DNA of 64,000 nucleotides, from assembly GCA_963836075.1 (NCBI GenBank), contig CAWIIB010000001.1:96001-160000 (forward strand). Reading direction: 5' to 3'. The notes beneath the pieces were generated by a model that ran no database searches, had not been told where the DNA came from, and saw only the letters and a list, made by a program, of their open reading frames with translations. Shown here one piece after another: positions 40,171-50,579 of the stretch (the first letter of the stretch is position 1; each line of letters starts with the position of its first letter). Position numbers and translations under genes: made by a program. Origin of the DNA: an uncultured Acidobacteriota bacterium. GTDB taxonomy: Bacteria; Acidobacteriota; JAQAZP01.

Positions 40171-42495
40171 ATGGTGACCCGACGGTCCATTCTCCTGATC
40201 CTCGCCCTGCCGTTCCTCATCTCTCTTTTCCTGCCCGGGCGCCCGGCCGCTGCGCTGACACCCGAAGCAAACCCGCATACCCTGGCCGTGGGGCTGCTCT
40301 CCTCGCGCGATGCGCGTCCGGTGGCGAGGATCGCACCATTCCAATCCCGTGACCGCCTCACGGTGACCCTGGTTCCCTTCCAGGGTCCTCCCGCGAACCA
40401 TTTTGTACAGGGAGAAGTCTTTCTCGCCATGGAGGAGTCGGATCCCGGGGCGGCTGTGGCCAGGGGCCGGGAAGCGAATAGGGAGACGACATTCTCGGTA
40501 CAGGTCTCGTCTCTCGGTGACGCGGAGGCGGCCCGACGGTTCGCCTCACGGGTGCGGGCCCACTGGCCCGAGCAGGAGGTCTGGGTAACCGAATTCCTGC
40601 TGGGCACCGGGAACACGACCCACAGGGTGATGGCCGGCCGGTACACCGACCGCAACAGCGCCATGGCCTTCACCACGGACCTTTCGGCCTATGGCATGGA
40701 CGGTGCCTACGTGGTGCAACTGGAGCCGCCGGGCGATGTGGACGCGGCCGGACTTCCGCTGGTGATCTATTCCGCTTCCACCGGACTGGTCTCCGGCCTG
40801 AAACGTGTATTCTTCGCCGCGGCCACTCCGCAACCCTCCTTCCGGCTGGACGGCGCACCGTACCGCGGCACTCTCGAGGTTCACGGTGGACCGGCGGGTA
40901 TCGTGGCGCTGAACCGAATCGGGATGGAGCAGTATCTCCGCGGAGTTGTGCCCTGCGAGCTGGGCCCCGACCGGTTCCCGCAGCTGGAAGCACTCAAGGC
41001 CCAGGCGGTGACCGCCAGGACCTATGCCCTGAAACACGCCGGCCGGCACCGCAGCGAGGGTTTCGATCTCTGTGACACTCCGCACTGCCAGGTGTACGGC
41101 GGCGCCGGACGGGAGCATCCCCTGAGCAATGAGGCGGTCCTTCAGACCGCCGGCCTGGCCGGGTATTACCAGGGCCGGCTGGCCGAGACCCTCTATACCT
41201 CCACCTGCGGCGGGCACACCGAAATTTCGTCGGCGGTGTTCAGCGGCGAAGCGCCGGCCTACCTCACCGGTGTTCCCTGCACCACCGGACACCGCGGGCC
41301 CGGGATCTCCATACCCCCACCGCTGGTCCGTTCGTTTCCTCGGGTGGTGGAAAAAGAAACGGGAGCCGACCTTGGCTTTGCCCTGGGCCTGCTGTCGGTG
41401 CTGGGGATAGTGGAAGATGGTACGGTCGCCGCAGGGGAAGCCGGCGCCGCCCAGTGGATCAGCAGCGCCGAAGCGGAGCAGTGGAGCGGGCGCCTTGTCT
41501 CCCGGTTCAGACCGGACGGCGGGTCGGCCGCCGGTGGAGCTGACAGCCAGGCAACCCGGGCCCCCACCCGCTGCCAGCTGGCCCACCAGCTGTGCCGTGC
41601 GCTGGGCTGGCGTGAGCGGCTGGAGACCCTGTTCACCACCGATGACCTGGAGGAGATCCTGGGGCCGGGGCAAGGCTGCGACGAGCAGGAGCGGCGCGCG
41701 CTGGCCTACCTGATCACCTCGGGCATCTTTCTCCGCTATCCCGACGGCGGGGCGGCAGCGGAACGGCCCATGTCCCGGGGGAGGTTCGCCGCGGCTCTCT
41801 CCCGGCTGGCCGTGCACCTGGAGCCCGGCCTGTTCACCGAAGCGGCACTCACCGGCGCCGCCGGCGGGAAGTTGATCCTGCGCACCGGGGAGACAGTGGA
41901 ACCCCGGGAGATCGCCCCCCGGGGCGTCCAACTGTTCGAACGGCGTCAGGAGGTCACCAGCGCTGTTCCGGTGAGTCGCCTCCGCAGCGGTGACCGGGTA
42001 CTGGTGCATCTGGACCGGCAGTCCCGGGTAGAGCTGCTGGTCCGGCTTCCCGCATCCGGAGGAGCTGCCGCCGACCGGTACTCGCCCTACGCGTTCTGGT
42101 CCATTGTGGTGCAGCGGGAGACCATTGAGGCCCTGCTGGAGGAGAAGGGGCACCGGGTGGGAAAGCTGGTGGATCTGCAACCGCTGGACCGCGGACCCGG
42201 CGGCCGGCTGAGCAGCCTGCGGGTGGTGGGCTCCAGCGGCAACACGGTGTTGCGGGGGCTGGATGTCCGCTGGAATCTGTCCACCCGGGAAAACCTCTTC
42301 TTCATCGACCGCCTGGCCGGGCCTGACGGGTCAATTCTGGCCTACCGCTTCACCGGCAGGGGCTGGGGCCACGGGGTGGGTATGTGCCAGGTGGGGGCGG
42401 CCGGTCTGGCTGAATCGGGAGCGACTTTTATCGACATCCTCGAGCACTACTATCCCGGAATCGTGGTCCGGCCGGCCGCCGGCAGTGGTCCGTGA
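40171..42495 (+). CDS. SpoIID/LytB-domain lytic transglycosylase with SPOR-like and SLH-like regions
   Basis: YRGTLE, EQYLRGVVPCE, EALKAQAVTARTY, DLCDTPHCQVY, STCGGHT, GRGWGHGVGMCQ, ILEHYYPG. Confidence 0.9.
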   Translation: MVTRRSILLILALPFLISLFLPGRPAAALTPEANPHTLAVGLLSSRDARPVARIAPFQSRDRLTVTLVPFQGPPANHFVQGEVFLAMEESDPGAAVARGREANRETTFSVQVSSLGDAEAARRFASRVRAHWPEQEVWVTEFLLGTGNTTHRVMAGRYTDRNSAMAFTTDLSAYGMDGAYVVQLEPPGDVDAAGLPLVIYSASTGLVSGLKRVFFAAATPQPSFRLDGAPYRGTLEVHGGPAGIVALNRIGMEQYLRGVVPCELGPDRFPQLEALKAQAVTARTYALKHAGRHRSEGFDLCDTPHCQVYGGAGREHPLSNEAVLQTAGLAGYYQGRLAETLYTSTCGGHTEISSAVFSGEAPAYLTGVPCTTGHRGPGISIPPPLVRSFPRVVEKETGADLGFALGLLSVLGIVEDGTVAAGEAGAAQWISSAEAEQWSGRLVSRFRPDGGSAAGGADSQATRAPTRCQLAHQLCRALGWRERLETLFTTDDLEEILGPGQGCDEQERRALAYLITSGIFLRYPDGGAAAERPMSRGRFAAALSRLAVHLEPGLFTEAALTGAAGGKLILRTGETVEPREIAPRGVQLFERRQEVTSAVPVSRLRSGDRVLVHLDRQSRVELLVRLPASGGAAADRYSPYAFWSIVVQRETIEALLEEKGHRVGKLVDLQPLDRGPGGRLSSLRVVGSSGNTVLRGLDVRWNLSTRENLFFIDRLAGPDGSILAYRFTGRGWGHGVGMCQVGAAGLAESGATFIDILEHYYPGIVVRPAAGSGP

Positions 42496-42511
42496 TGCCG
42501 TGGAGGGTGCA

Positions 42512-43462
42512 ATGGCAGAGGTGAACGGCCCTCCGGTGGTGGCCATTCTCGGGCCCACGGCGGTGGGCAAGAGCCGTGTGGGGATCGGCCTGGCCCAGCG
42601 CCTGGGCGGTGAGATTATCTGTGCCGATTCGCGGCAGCTTTACCGTCTGCTGGACCTGGGGACGGACAAGGTCCCGCAGACGGACCAGGGCGGCATCCCG
42701 CACCACCTGCAGGATTCGGTGGATCCGCACAGACCGATGACCGCTGGAGTCTTCACCCGAATGGCCGACCAGGCCCTGGCCGGTATCCGACTTCGCGGGG
42801 CGCTCCCCCTGCTGGTGGGAGGCAGCGGCCTCTACGTGGAAGCTTTTCTCGGTGGGCTTTTCCAGGGACCGGAACGGGACGAGGAACTGCGGGGCCGGCT
42901 GCGGGTCTCCCGGGGCCGGCGCGGCGAGCGCTGGCTGCACCGGATGCTGCAACGGGTCGACCCGGTTACCGCCGACCGGCTGGCCGTCCGGGATCAACAG
43001 CGGATCGTGCGGGCCCTGGAGGTTTGCTTTCTCACCGGCCGCCCGCTTTCCAGCCACCTGGCAGGAGAACAGGACCGCAAGTCCGGGGACCGGGTGTCCC
43101 ACGTGCGGGTCGGTCTGACCATGCCCCGGGATCGTCTGGTCCGCCGAATCGAGGACCGTGTGGATCAGATGTTCCAGGCCGGTCTGGTGGATGAGGTGCG
43201 CCGCCTGCTGGCCGGTGGGCTGGACCCGGCAGCCCCGGCGATGAGCGCCATCGGCTACCGTGAAGTGGTTCTGGCCCTGGACGGAAGGTTGGCCGGCGGT
43301 GAAGACGAGGCGCGGGAACTGATCAAGCGCAACACGCGCCGGTTGGCCAAGCGGCAGCTGACCTGGCTGCGCCACCACGGCGACATCACCTGGTTCGAAA
43401 GGGAAGCGGACGGGGAAACGGTGAAAAAGATTGAACAGCACCTCTCCGGGCTGTTACAATAG
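42512..43462 (+). CDS. miaA: tRNA dimethylallyltransferase
   Basis: GPTAVGKS, ADSRQLY, VGGSGLY, AIGYRE, TRRLAKRQLTW. Confidence 0.95.
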   Translation: MAEVNGPPVVAILGPTAVGKSRVGIGLAQRLGGEIICADSRQLYRLLDLGTDKVPQTDQGGIPHHLQDSVDPHRPMTAGVFTRMADQALAGIRLRGALPLLVGGSGLYVEAFLGGLFQGPERDEELRGRLRVSRGRRGERWLHRMLQRVDPVTADRLAVRDQQRIVRALEVCFLTGRPLSSHLAGEQDRKSGDRVSHVRVGLTMPRDRLVRRIEDRVDQMFQAGLVDEVRRLLAGGLDPAAPAMSAIGYREVVLALDGRLAGGEDEARELIKRNTRRLAKRQLTWLRHHGDITWFEREADGETVKKIEQHLSGLLQ

Positions 43463-43538
43463 AGACAGCATGTGCACCACATCGCAAGCTGCAGGAACCT
43501 CCGGCGACAATAACAAGTAAACAGGATTGGTGATACTG

Positions 43539-43796
43539 ATGCAAAAAGAAACATTCAATATTCAGGACGCTTTTTTTAACAATGCCCGGAAGGAAAAAAC
43601 GCAGATCACCATCTACCTGATCAACGGGATCAAACTCCTCGGACGGATCAAAAGCTTCGACAAGTTCACCGTCATCCTCGGAAACGGACACCAGGAGCAG
43701 ATGATTTTCAAGCACGCCATTTCGACCATCTCCACCCCGCGGGCCATGGGACATCACTCCGATTCGGGGAGCGCGGATCGGCCTCCGAGAAACTGA
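43539..43796 (+). CDS. hfq: RNA chaperone Hfq
   Basis: NIQDAFFN, YLINGIKLLG, FDKFTV, QMIFKHAISTI; follows miaA. Confidence 0.96.
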   Translation: MQKETFNIQDAFFNNARKEKTQITIYLINGIKLLGRIKSFDKFTVILGNGHQEQMIFKHAISTISTPRAMGHHSDSGSADRPPRN

Positions 43797-43827
43797 TCCG
43801 TCATCCAGCACTGCAGGCGACCGGTCG

Positions 43828-45270
43828 GTGCCGGGCCACGGTGGAACCGGGCTCGGGCACAACGGGGTAACGGGTTTGTTCTCTCGCTCTTCGATCATCA
43901 TTGCCATGCTGGCGGTTTTCCTGTTCGTCGCCCATGGCTGCATGGTGAAGCAGGGTGCCGGCCAGGATCCGCAGAGTAGCGGAAACAGGCTGCTCCTCGA
44001 CGCGCTTCCCACCGACGCTGAAGGTCTGGCTGCGGTGGACCTGACGCCGGATCTGGTTCGGGGGTGGAAAGTCCTGCGCGCCGGCCGTTTTGCCATGGCC
44101 GAAGAGATCTTCGCCCGGGCGGTTGACGGGGCGTCAATGCCGGCGGGGGCCGGCAGGGCCGCGGCTCTCAGCGGCCTGGGCTTTTCTCGTCTGGGGTTGT
44201 CGAGGCACCGGGAGGCCGGTGAGGCCTTTGAACGTGCGCTGGAGACGCAACCGCACTACGGACCCGCCCTGCTGGGCCAGGCGCTGCGGCTGCGGTTGCT
44301 GGGGCGAGCGGAGGAGAGCGTGGCGCTCTACGAGATACTCTCCGCGCAATACCCGAACAGCGCCACCATCCGGATCGAAGCGCAGGCGGCCGGCCTGGAA
44401 GCCGTGCAGCAACTGGTCCGCAGCGGTGACGCTCTGGCGGACCGCGATCCTGAGGCGGCAGCCCTGCTCTACCGTCAGGCCATCGACATCGATCCCGACC
44501 TTCCCCGGCTCTACGGGCTGCTCGCGGCAGCACTGGAATCGAGCGGCGAATACAAAGAGGCCCTGCAGGCCCTGGAGCAGGCGCTGTCGCTGTCCCGGGG
44601 GGAAGAGGCTGAGGCGATCCGTGAACGGCTGGCCTGGCTCGAACTGGAACAGGGGAGCCCGCAGCGAGCCGTCAGTCTGTTCCAGACGCTGCTGCAGTCC
44701 GAAACCGGCGATCCGGCGCATTTTCTGGAGGGGTTGCGCCAGGCCGAGGAAAAGCTGCGCCAGGCGAAGATCCCCGCAGAATACCGGCAATTGCTGTCCG
44801 GCGCTATCCCGCTGGATCGCGGCGGGCTGGCGGCGATCATCTCGCTGGAATACGGCTGGGGCGAGGGGCCGGGCCCCACCGGGGGCGTGCGGCCGCTGGT
44901 GATCCGCGACGCGGCTTCCCACTGGTCGCAGCCCTATGTCCGTGGTGTGGTTGACCGTGGGGTGATGGATCTTTACCAGAACCACACTTTTCGGCCTTCC
45001 ACTCCGGTGAGCCGCGGTGATCTGGCCTTCGCGGCCTGCCGGCTGCTGGACCGCTGCGGCGGTGCGGGTGCCGAAGGGGAAGAGCCGGTGGCCATTGGCG
45101 ACCTGAACAGCGACCACCGGCACTACCACTGTGTCTGCCGGCTGGTGAGCCTTGGACTGCTGCTCCGTTTTCCCGATACTACGGTGCGGATCAACACCCC
45201 GGCCACCGGGACCGATGCACTGGAACTGGTCTCGGCGATGCACCAAAGATTCGGTGAACCTGAACCCTGA
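43828..45270 (+). CDS. TPR-repeat lipoprotein with C-terminal S-layer homology (SLH)-like domains; start uncertain
   Basis: Lipobox-like VAHGC, TPR repeats, DAASHWS...RGVMDLYQNHTFRPSTPVSRGDLA SLH pattern. Confidence 0.8.
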   Translation: MPGHGGTGLGHNGVTGLFSRSSIIIAMLAVFLFVAHGCMVKQGAGQDPQSSGNRLLLDALPTDAEGLAAVDLTPDLVRGWKVLRAGRFAMAEEIFARAVDGASMPAGAGRAAALSGLGFSRLGLSRHREAGEAFERALETQPHYGPALLGQALRLRLLGRAEESVALYEILSAQYPNSATIRIEAQAAGLEAVQQLVRSGDALADRDPEAAALLYRQAIDIDPDLPRLYGLLAAALESSGEYKEALQALEQALSLSRGEEAEAIRERLAWLELEQGSPQRAVSLFQTLLQSETGDPAHFLEGLRQAEEKLRQAKIPAEYRQLLSGAIPLDRGGLAAIISLEYGWGEGPGPTGGVRPLVIRDAASHWSQPYVRGVVDRGVMDLYQNHTFRPSTPVSRGDLAFAACRLLDRCGGAGAEGEEPVAIGDLNSDHRHYHCVCRLVSLGLLLRFPDTTVRINTPATGTDALELVSAMHQRFGEPEP

Positions 45271-45437
45271 CCGCGAAATGACCGATGTTCGCGGTTTCTT
45301 GCTTTTGCAATGGACCTTGGAGTATATTCCCTCTCATGTTTGTTGGGAAATGATAACAGAATCAACCAGATAGACATTGTCTCGGCCTCGGGCCACGCCC
45401 CCGGCCGCTCATCACCGGTGACAGCGGCACGCTCCTG

Positions 45438-45989
45438 ATGACCTGGACCACTGCCAATCTGCTGACCCTCGCACGGATCCTGCTGATTCCGTTCATCGTC
45501 TTCTGGATGGTTCAGGAGCGATACACACTGACCCTGTTCCTCTTCCTGGTCATGGCCCTGACCGACATCCTCGACGGGTATATTGCCCGTCGCTGGCAGC
45601 AGCGAACAGTGCTCGGGTCCTACCTCGACCCCATCGCGGACAAACTGCTCCTGGTGACATCGTTCATCTGTCTGGCCTGGATGGGGCAGATTCCGGTCTG
45701 GCTGGTGATCTGGACCGTGCTCCGTGACGTTCTCATCTCCGTCTCGGCGATCTTTGTCAGGGTCACCGTGGGAGCGATCAGCTTTCCGCCAACCATCTGG
45801 GGCAAGTTGACAACTTTTTTCCAGCTGGCCCTGGTGCTGGCGGTGCTGCTGGTCAACGCCGTGCCGCTGGCGGCGCCCTGGCTGGTCAGCGGCCTGGTCT
45901 GGCTCACTCTCTTTTTCACGCTGTTTTCCGGTTTCCACTACATTTACCACCTTTCCCGCATCATCTCCCGCACCATGAACGGGCGATGA
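45438..45989 (+). CDS. CDP-alcohol phosphatidyltransferase (PgsA-like)
   Basis: ANLLTLARILL, TDILDGYIAR, G.YLDPIADK. Confidence 0.92.
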   Translation: MTWTTANLLTLARILLIPFIVFWMVQERYTLTLFLFLVMALTDILDGYIARRWQQRTVLGSYLDPIADKLLLVTSFICLAWMGQIPVWLVIWTVLRDVLISVSAIFVRVTVGAISFPPTIWGKLTTFFQLALVLAVLLVNAVPLAAPWLVSGLVWLTLFFTLFSGFHYIYHLSRIISRTMNGR

Positions 45990-46026
45990 ACAGGAGATCC
46001 CGCTCCGATCAACGGAAGGGCCAATC

Positions 46027-46056
46027 TTGACAGTGTCCGGTCCCTGTACCTACAAT
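46027..46056 (+). promoter_or_regulatory. sigma70-type promoter
   Basis: TTGACA-18 bp-TACAAT; the TTG start given in the ORF track is this -35 box. Confidence 0.6.
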
Positions 46057-46089
46057 CCCCCGTCTCCTGGAACAGCACAACCAGCGGTG

Positions 46090-46554
46090 ATGCACGTGGC
46101 CAAAAAAGTGAAATCAAGAACGCCCGCGTCGGAGAAGAAGGATCAGCCCGCGCCGGTTCGGCGCCCGGCGCCTGAACAGGTGCGCAAGGCGTTGACGGCC
46201 TGCTTTTTCGGCTGGATCATCCCCGGGGCCGGCCACTGGTATCTGGGGAAGAGGGGACGAGCTGCGATCTTTCTCGGGGTGGTCGTATTGCTGCTGGTGC
46301 TGGGCATTGTCATGGACGGGCAGATATACCGGGCACAGAAGGACCAGCCGCTCACCGTGCTGGCCGCCTTTGCCAGCATGGGCAACGGACCGGTTCACTT
46401 CCTGCTGCGCCAGAGCCGCTGGACCTCCGAGGGGCGCGGAGACAACCGGTCTCCGTCCTACGAATTCGGCAACACGTTCATCCTGGTGGCCGGCCTGCTG
46501 AATATGCTGATCATCCTTGACGCCTATGATGTCGGAGTGGGCTACAAACCCTGA
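46090..46554 (+). CDS. DUF6677-like membrane protein
   Basis: WIIPGAGHWYLG, YEFGNTFILVAGLLNMLIILDAYD; start approximate. Confidence 0.75.
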   Translation: MHVAKKVKSRTPASEKKDQPAPVRRPAPEQVRKALTACFFGWIIPGAGHWYLGKRGRAAIFLGVVVLLLVLGIVMDGQIYRAQKDQPLTVLAAFASMGNGPVHFLLRQSRWTSEGRGDNRSPSYEFGNTFILVAGLLNMLIILDAYDVGVGYKP

Positions 46555-46567
46555 GGGCTGGCCGGGC

Positions 46568-46741
46568 ATGCTCAATCACATCACCCTGATGATACTGTTC
46601 GCCGCCGCGGTGGCCACTGTTTTCGCCTGCCTGGGCAAGGACGGACTGCGCGAGCGATTTCTCTTTGGCCTTTTGCTCTTTCTGGGCCTGCTGGCCGGAG
46701 GACTGGCTCTCAGCTGGTTGATGTTCCCCTTTCCCCGATGA
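46568..46741 (+). CDS. small two-TM hypothetical protein (57 aa)
   Basis: MLNHITLMILFAAAVATVFA...WLMFPFPR; GAGGG upstream; co-oriented with DUF6677. Confidence 0.65.
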   Translation: MLNHITLMILFAAAVATVFACLGKDGLRERFLFGLLLFLGLLAGGLALSWLMFPFPR

Positions 46742-46850
46742 ATTGCAACAGTCCCGGCAGAGTCGACGCACCGTCGCGGCTGGTGCTCAACCGCACCGCC
46801 ATGCCGCTCTGCGCCTGGCTGGCCCCCATGCTGGACCGCGGTGCTGATTC

Positions 46851-46879
46851 TTGACATCTCCACTGTCCTGGGCTACATT
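46851..46879 (+). promoter_or_regulatory. sigma70-type promoter of the CsgG-like gene
   Basis: TTGACA-17 bp-TACATT. Confidence 0.6.
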
Positions 46880-47004
46880 TTTTGCCGATACCTGCAAGCG
46901 TCACAGCGTAGACATTGATCTTGGGGAACCATCCCTGCTCGGGCACTGACAAGTTCCAGCCCCGTGCCGCGCGGGAGGTACCTTTCAACAAGGGAGACGT
47001 GGAG

Positions 47005-47930
47005 ATGAAGAAACGATCGACCACCATCGGCCTGGTTCTGTCAATCGCCCTCGCGCTGCTGCTTTCAGCCGCTGGTTCCCCTGAAGTGCTGGCCGGGAAG
47101 CCGCGGGTGGCGGTGATCGCCTTCGACAGCGAGGAGCGCAACTTCTGGAGTCACTGGCTGGATCACAAGGGCGACGTGGAATTCGAGGTCAACGCCCTGT
47201 TCATGAACGAGCTGGTCAAATCGGGCAAGTTCACCGTCATCGAACGGCAGCGGCTGGACGACATCCTCCAGGAGCAGGGGCTCTCCCTGTCCGGACAGGT
47301 CAGCGCCAGTTCCGCCGTGAGCGCCGGAAAACTCCTCGGTGTGGACTACATGCTCACCGGCCGGATCACCAAGTTCGGTGAACGGCAGGTGGGGGGCAGG
47401 CCGGCTGGCGCATCGCCATGAGCGCGAAGAAGAAAACCCTGGAGGGCGGCCTGTCGGTGCGCCTGATCAACACCACCACCGGTGAGATCGTCTTTGCCGA
47501 CGAGGCCACCGGCGAGAACAGCAACTTCAAGATCACCGTCTTCGGCACCGGCGGGGGAGTGGACTACGACGAGACTGCCGTGGACAAGGTCTTCCGCCCG
47601 GCCGTCGAGGAGCTGAGCCGCAAACTGATCGACAAGGCGTCCGGCCTGACCGGTTCTGACGGTTCGCGTCCGGCGGTTCAGGGAAAAATATCCAAGATCT
47701 CCGGTGACCTGGTCTATCTCAATATGGGTGCCAACAAAGGCGTCAAGGTGGGTGACAGCTTCACCGTCTTCGCCCTGGGCGAGGAGATCATCGATCCCGA
47801 CACCGGGGAGTCCCTGGGGTCCGAGGAGACCGAGGTGGGCAAGGTGGAGGTGGTGGAGGTCAAGGCGAAATACTCCAAGGCGCGGGTGACCAGCGGCTCC
47901 GGGATGACCGCGGGAAGCGCGGTGCGCTGA
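47005..47930 (+). CDS. CsgG/HfaB-family periplasmic protein with FlgT_C-like C-terminal domain; one frameshift near 47395
   Basis: KPRVAVIAF, FTVIERQRLDDILQEQ, GKLLGVDYMLTGRITKFG, then VRLINTTTGEI and VYLNMG..IIDPDTGESLG in the next frame. Confidence 0.8.
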
Positions 47931-47960
47931 CCGGAAAGGGCCACAGAGGGCGAACGAATG

Positions 47961-47995
47961 GCGGGAGAACCGTTGCACTGCGGTTCTCCCGCTTT
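47961..47995 (+). terminator. intrinsic terminator
   Basis: 12-bp perfect stem GCGGGAGAACCG/CGGTTCTCCCGC followed by TTT. Confidence 0.65.
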
Positions 47996-48084
47996 GTACC
48001 ATGGGCGACGGTATGCATTCTCGGCGGCGCGCTTTCCCGGAGGTCGGGAGACCGGGGTCTCCGATTCATGAAGGGACGGCCCAC

Positions 48085-49065
48085 ATGGCCAGAAAACGGC
48101 TTTTCAGCGGTATCCAGCCCAGTGGAGAGATCCACATCGGCAACTATCTCGGCGCGATCCGCAAGTGGGTCGAATTGCTTGACGATTACGATGCCATTTT
48201 CTGTATCGTCGATTACCACGCCTACACCGTCCCCCAGGACCCGGCCACCATGCAGCAGCGGATATTCGAGGCGGCGCTGGTCAACATGGCCTGCGGCCTG
48301 GAACCCGGCCGCTGCACCCTGTTCGTGCAGTCCGCGGTACCCGAGCACACGGAACTGGCCTGGGTTCTGAGCACCCTCGCCCCATTAGGGGTGCTGGAGC
48401 GGATGACCCAGTTCAAGGAGAAATCGCGGCGCAACGAAAAAAATGTCAACGCCGGCCTGTTCACCTATCCCGTTCTGCAGGCGGCGGACATCCTGCTCTA
48501 CAAGGCATCGGCGGTCCCGGTGGGCGAAGACCAGTCACAGCACCTGGAGCTGTCCCGCGACCTGGCCCGCAAGTTCAACCGGATCTATGGCGACACCTTC
48601 CCCGAACCGACCACGATCCTCGGCGAGGGCGCCCGCATCATGGGGTTGGACGGCAAGGCGAAAATGAGCAAGAGCCTCGACAACTACATCGGGATGATGG
48701 ATTCTCCGGATCTGGTGAAGAAGAAGCTGGGACCGGCATTCACCGATCCGGCCCGTGTACGCCGTGACGATCCGGGAAACCCAGAAATTTGTAACATCTT
48801 CACCCTGCACAAGCTCTTCTCACCCGACGACACCGTGGCCACCGTGGACCAGGAGTGCCGGCGGGCCGGCATCGGCTGTTTCGATTGTAAAATGATGCTG
48901 CACCAGCATATGACCACCGCCCTGGAGCCGATCCAGCAGCGGGCCAGGGAACTGCAGGCCGACCCGAGCCAGGTCCGCGGGATGCTGGAGCAGGGCGCCG
49001 AACGGGCCGGGGCCATGGCCCGGGAAACCATGGACGAAACCCGCCGGAAGATGGGGCTTCGCTGA
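48085..49065 (+). CDS. trpS: tryptophan--tRNA ligase
   Basis: [37 protein letters not shown]. Confidence 0.97.
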   Translation: MARKRLFSGIQPSGEIHIGNYLGAIRKWVELLDDYDAIFCIVDYHAYTVPQDPATMQQRIFEAALVNMACGLEPGRCTLFVQSAVPEHTELAWVLSTLAPLGVLERMTQFKEKSRRNEKNVNAGLFTYPVLQAADILLYKASAVPVGEDQSQHLELSRDLARKFNRIYGDTFPEPTTILGEGARIMGLDGKAKMSKSLDNYIGMMDSPDLVKKKLGPAFTDPARVRRDDPGNPEICNIFTLHKLFSPDDTVATVDQECRRAGIGCFDCKMMLHQHMTTALEPIQQRARELQADPSQVRGMLEQGAERAGAMARETMDETRRKMGLR

Positions 49066-49106
49066 CCGCTGCCGCCGTGGTGCGGTGCAGGAGAGTTTGG
49101 GATGCC

Positions 49107-49517
49107 ATGAACGGATTGCCGCGCAACCCCCGGCCCACGGTGGACCTGATCATCCGTGACCGGCAGGACCGGGTGGTGCTGATCAAGCGACGCAACCCGC
49201 CGCATGGCTGGGCGCTCCCGGGCGGCTTCGTGGACTACGGTGAAGACCTGGAGTCGGCGGCGATCCGGGAAGCCCTGGAGGAGACCTCGCTTCAAGTGGT
49301 GCTGGAACGGCAGTTCCACACCTACTCCCACCCGGACCGGGATCCCCGCGGGCACACCATCACCACCGTTTTCCTGGCCACCATCCGCGCCGGTCTGCTG
49401 CAGGCCGCCGATGATGCAGCCGACGCGTCGTTCTTCAGTCGCGAACAGATCGATACCGCCGGTCTGGCGTTCGACCACGGCCAGATCCTGCTCGACTATT
49501 TCGCGGGCCGCTACTGA
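49107..49517 (+). CDS. NUDIX hydrolase (ADP-ribose pyrophosphatase-like)
   Basis: [26 protein letters not shown] Nudix box, RDPRGH, LAFDH. Confidence 0.92.
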   Translation: MNGLPRNPRPTVDLIIRDRQDRVVLIKRRNPPHGWALPGGFVDYGEDLESAAIREALEETSLQVVLERQFHTYSHPDRDPRGHTITTVFLATIRAGLLQAADDAADASFFSREQIDTAGLAFDHGQILLDYFAGRY

Positions 49518-49540
49518 AGCCCGGCGGGGAAACTGCCCGC

Positions 49541-50579
49541 TCAGCCGAGTGTGACGAAGTAGATCGGTGTGGGGGTAAAACAGAGGGCAAAGACCAGCAG
49601 GGCCAGCAGGGCCAGCACCAGGCGCAGCGGGCCGGGCTTCAGTGAGTCGTCGAGGGTCGGTGGGTGTTTGAAGCCGATGAGGAACACGATCAGGGCCCAG
49701 ATCAGCCAGCCGTTGTAGACAAATCCCAGCAGCAGGATGAGGATGAAGACCGCTCGGGAGGCCGCTTCATAGGGCCGGCCGAAGAGCGCGTAGCCCAGGT
49801 GGCCGCCGTCCAGTTGAGAGACGGGGAAGAGGTTGAAGGCGGTGAGCAGCAGCCCGAACCAGCCGGCAAAGGCCGCCGGGTGGTAGTCGAGCACCATGCC
49901 GGTCGGGAGGGGACCGTGCAGTGCCAGCACCAGGCGGCTGAAGGCCAGCGGTTCGCCGAGGAAGACGTGCCAGTACCCCGGGGTCGGGGCGGAACAGCTG
50001 CGGCGACGAGTGCCGTATTCCAAAGATCAGCACCGGAATGGTCGCCAGAAAGCCGGCCAGCGGCCCGGCCACGGCCACGTCGAACAGCGCCTTGCGGCTG
50101 GGTATGGGACCCCGGATGCGAATGAACGCGCCGAATGTGCCCACCAGGGTCGGGGCGGGGAGGAAGTGGGGCAGGGTGGCCCGGACACCGTGACGGCGGC
50201 AGGCCAAATAGTGGCCCATCTCGTGGGCGCCCAGAATAAGCAGCAGTGGAAAGGCAAAGGAGAGGCCGTAGCCCAGAATCGAGGGGCGGCGCAGCACCTG
50301 CCGCCAGAGGTCGAGATTGAGCAGGTCCATGCTTTCGTCGCTGAGGGAGAAGAGGGAGCCCGTGTTTTCCGGCAGGTGGGACATCAGGTTGTAGCTGGCG
50401 CCGGCAAAGAGCGTGGTGATCATGGTGAGCAGAAGGAGCAGCAGGGGCACGGCCACCCTGCGGAACCAGTGTTGCCGGGCCGGAACCGCCGGACGGCGGA
50501 CAAGGGGAGTAAACCGGGGGACGGGTTCCGGGCCGCTGCCCGGCCAGCCCTGCTGACTGCTTTCCGTGACGTCGCTCAA
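49541..50579 (-). CDS. site-2 protease (M50 family); one +1 frameshift near 49975-49992; start uncertain
   Basis: AHEMGH, GTFGAFIRI, AVAGPLAG in frame 1; FNLFPVSQLDGGH in frame 2. Confidence 0.85.

Noticed and set aside
47930-48085. T-box or attenuator upstream of trpS
   Set aside because: No T-box consensus or Trp-rich leader peptide; the hairpin is explained as the terminator of the upstream gene.
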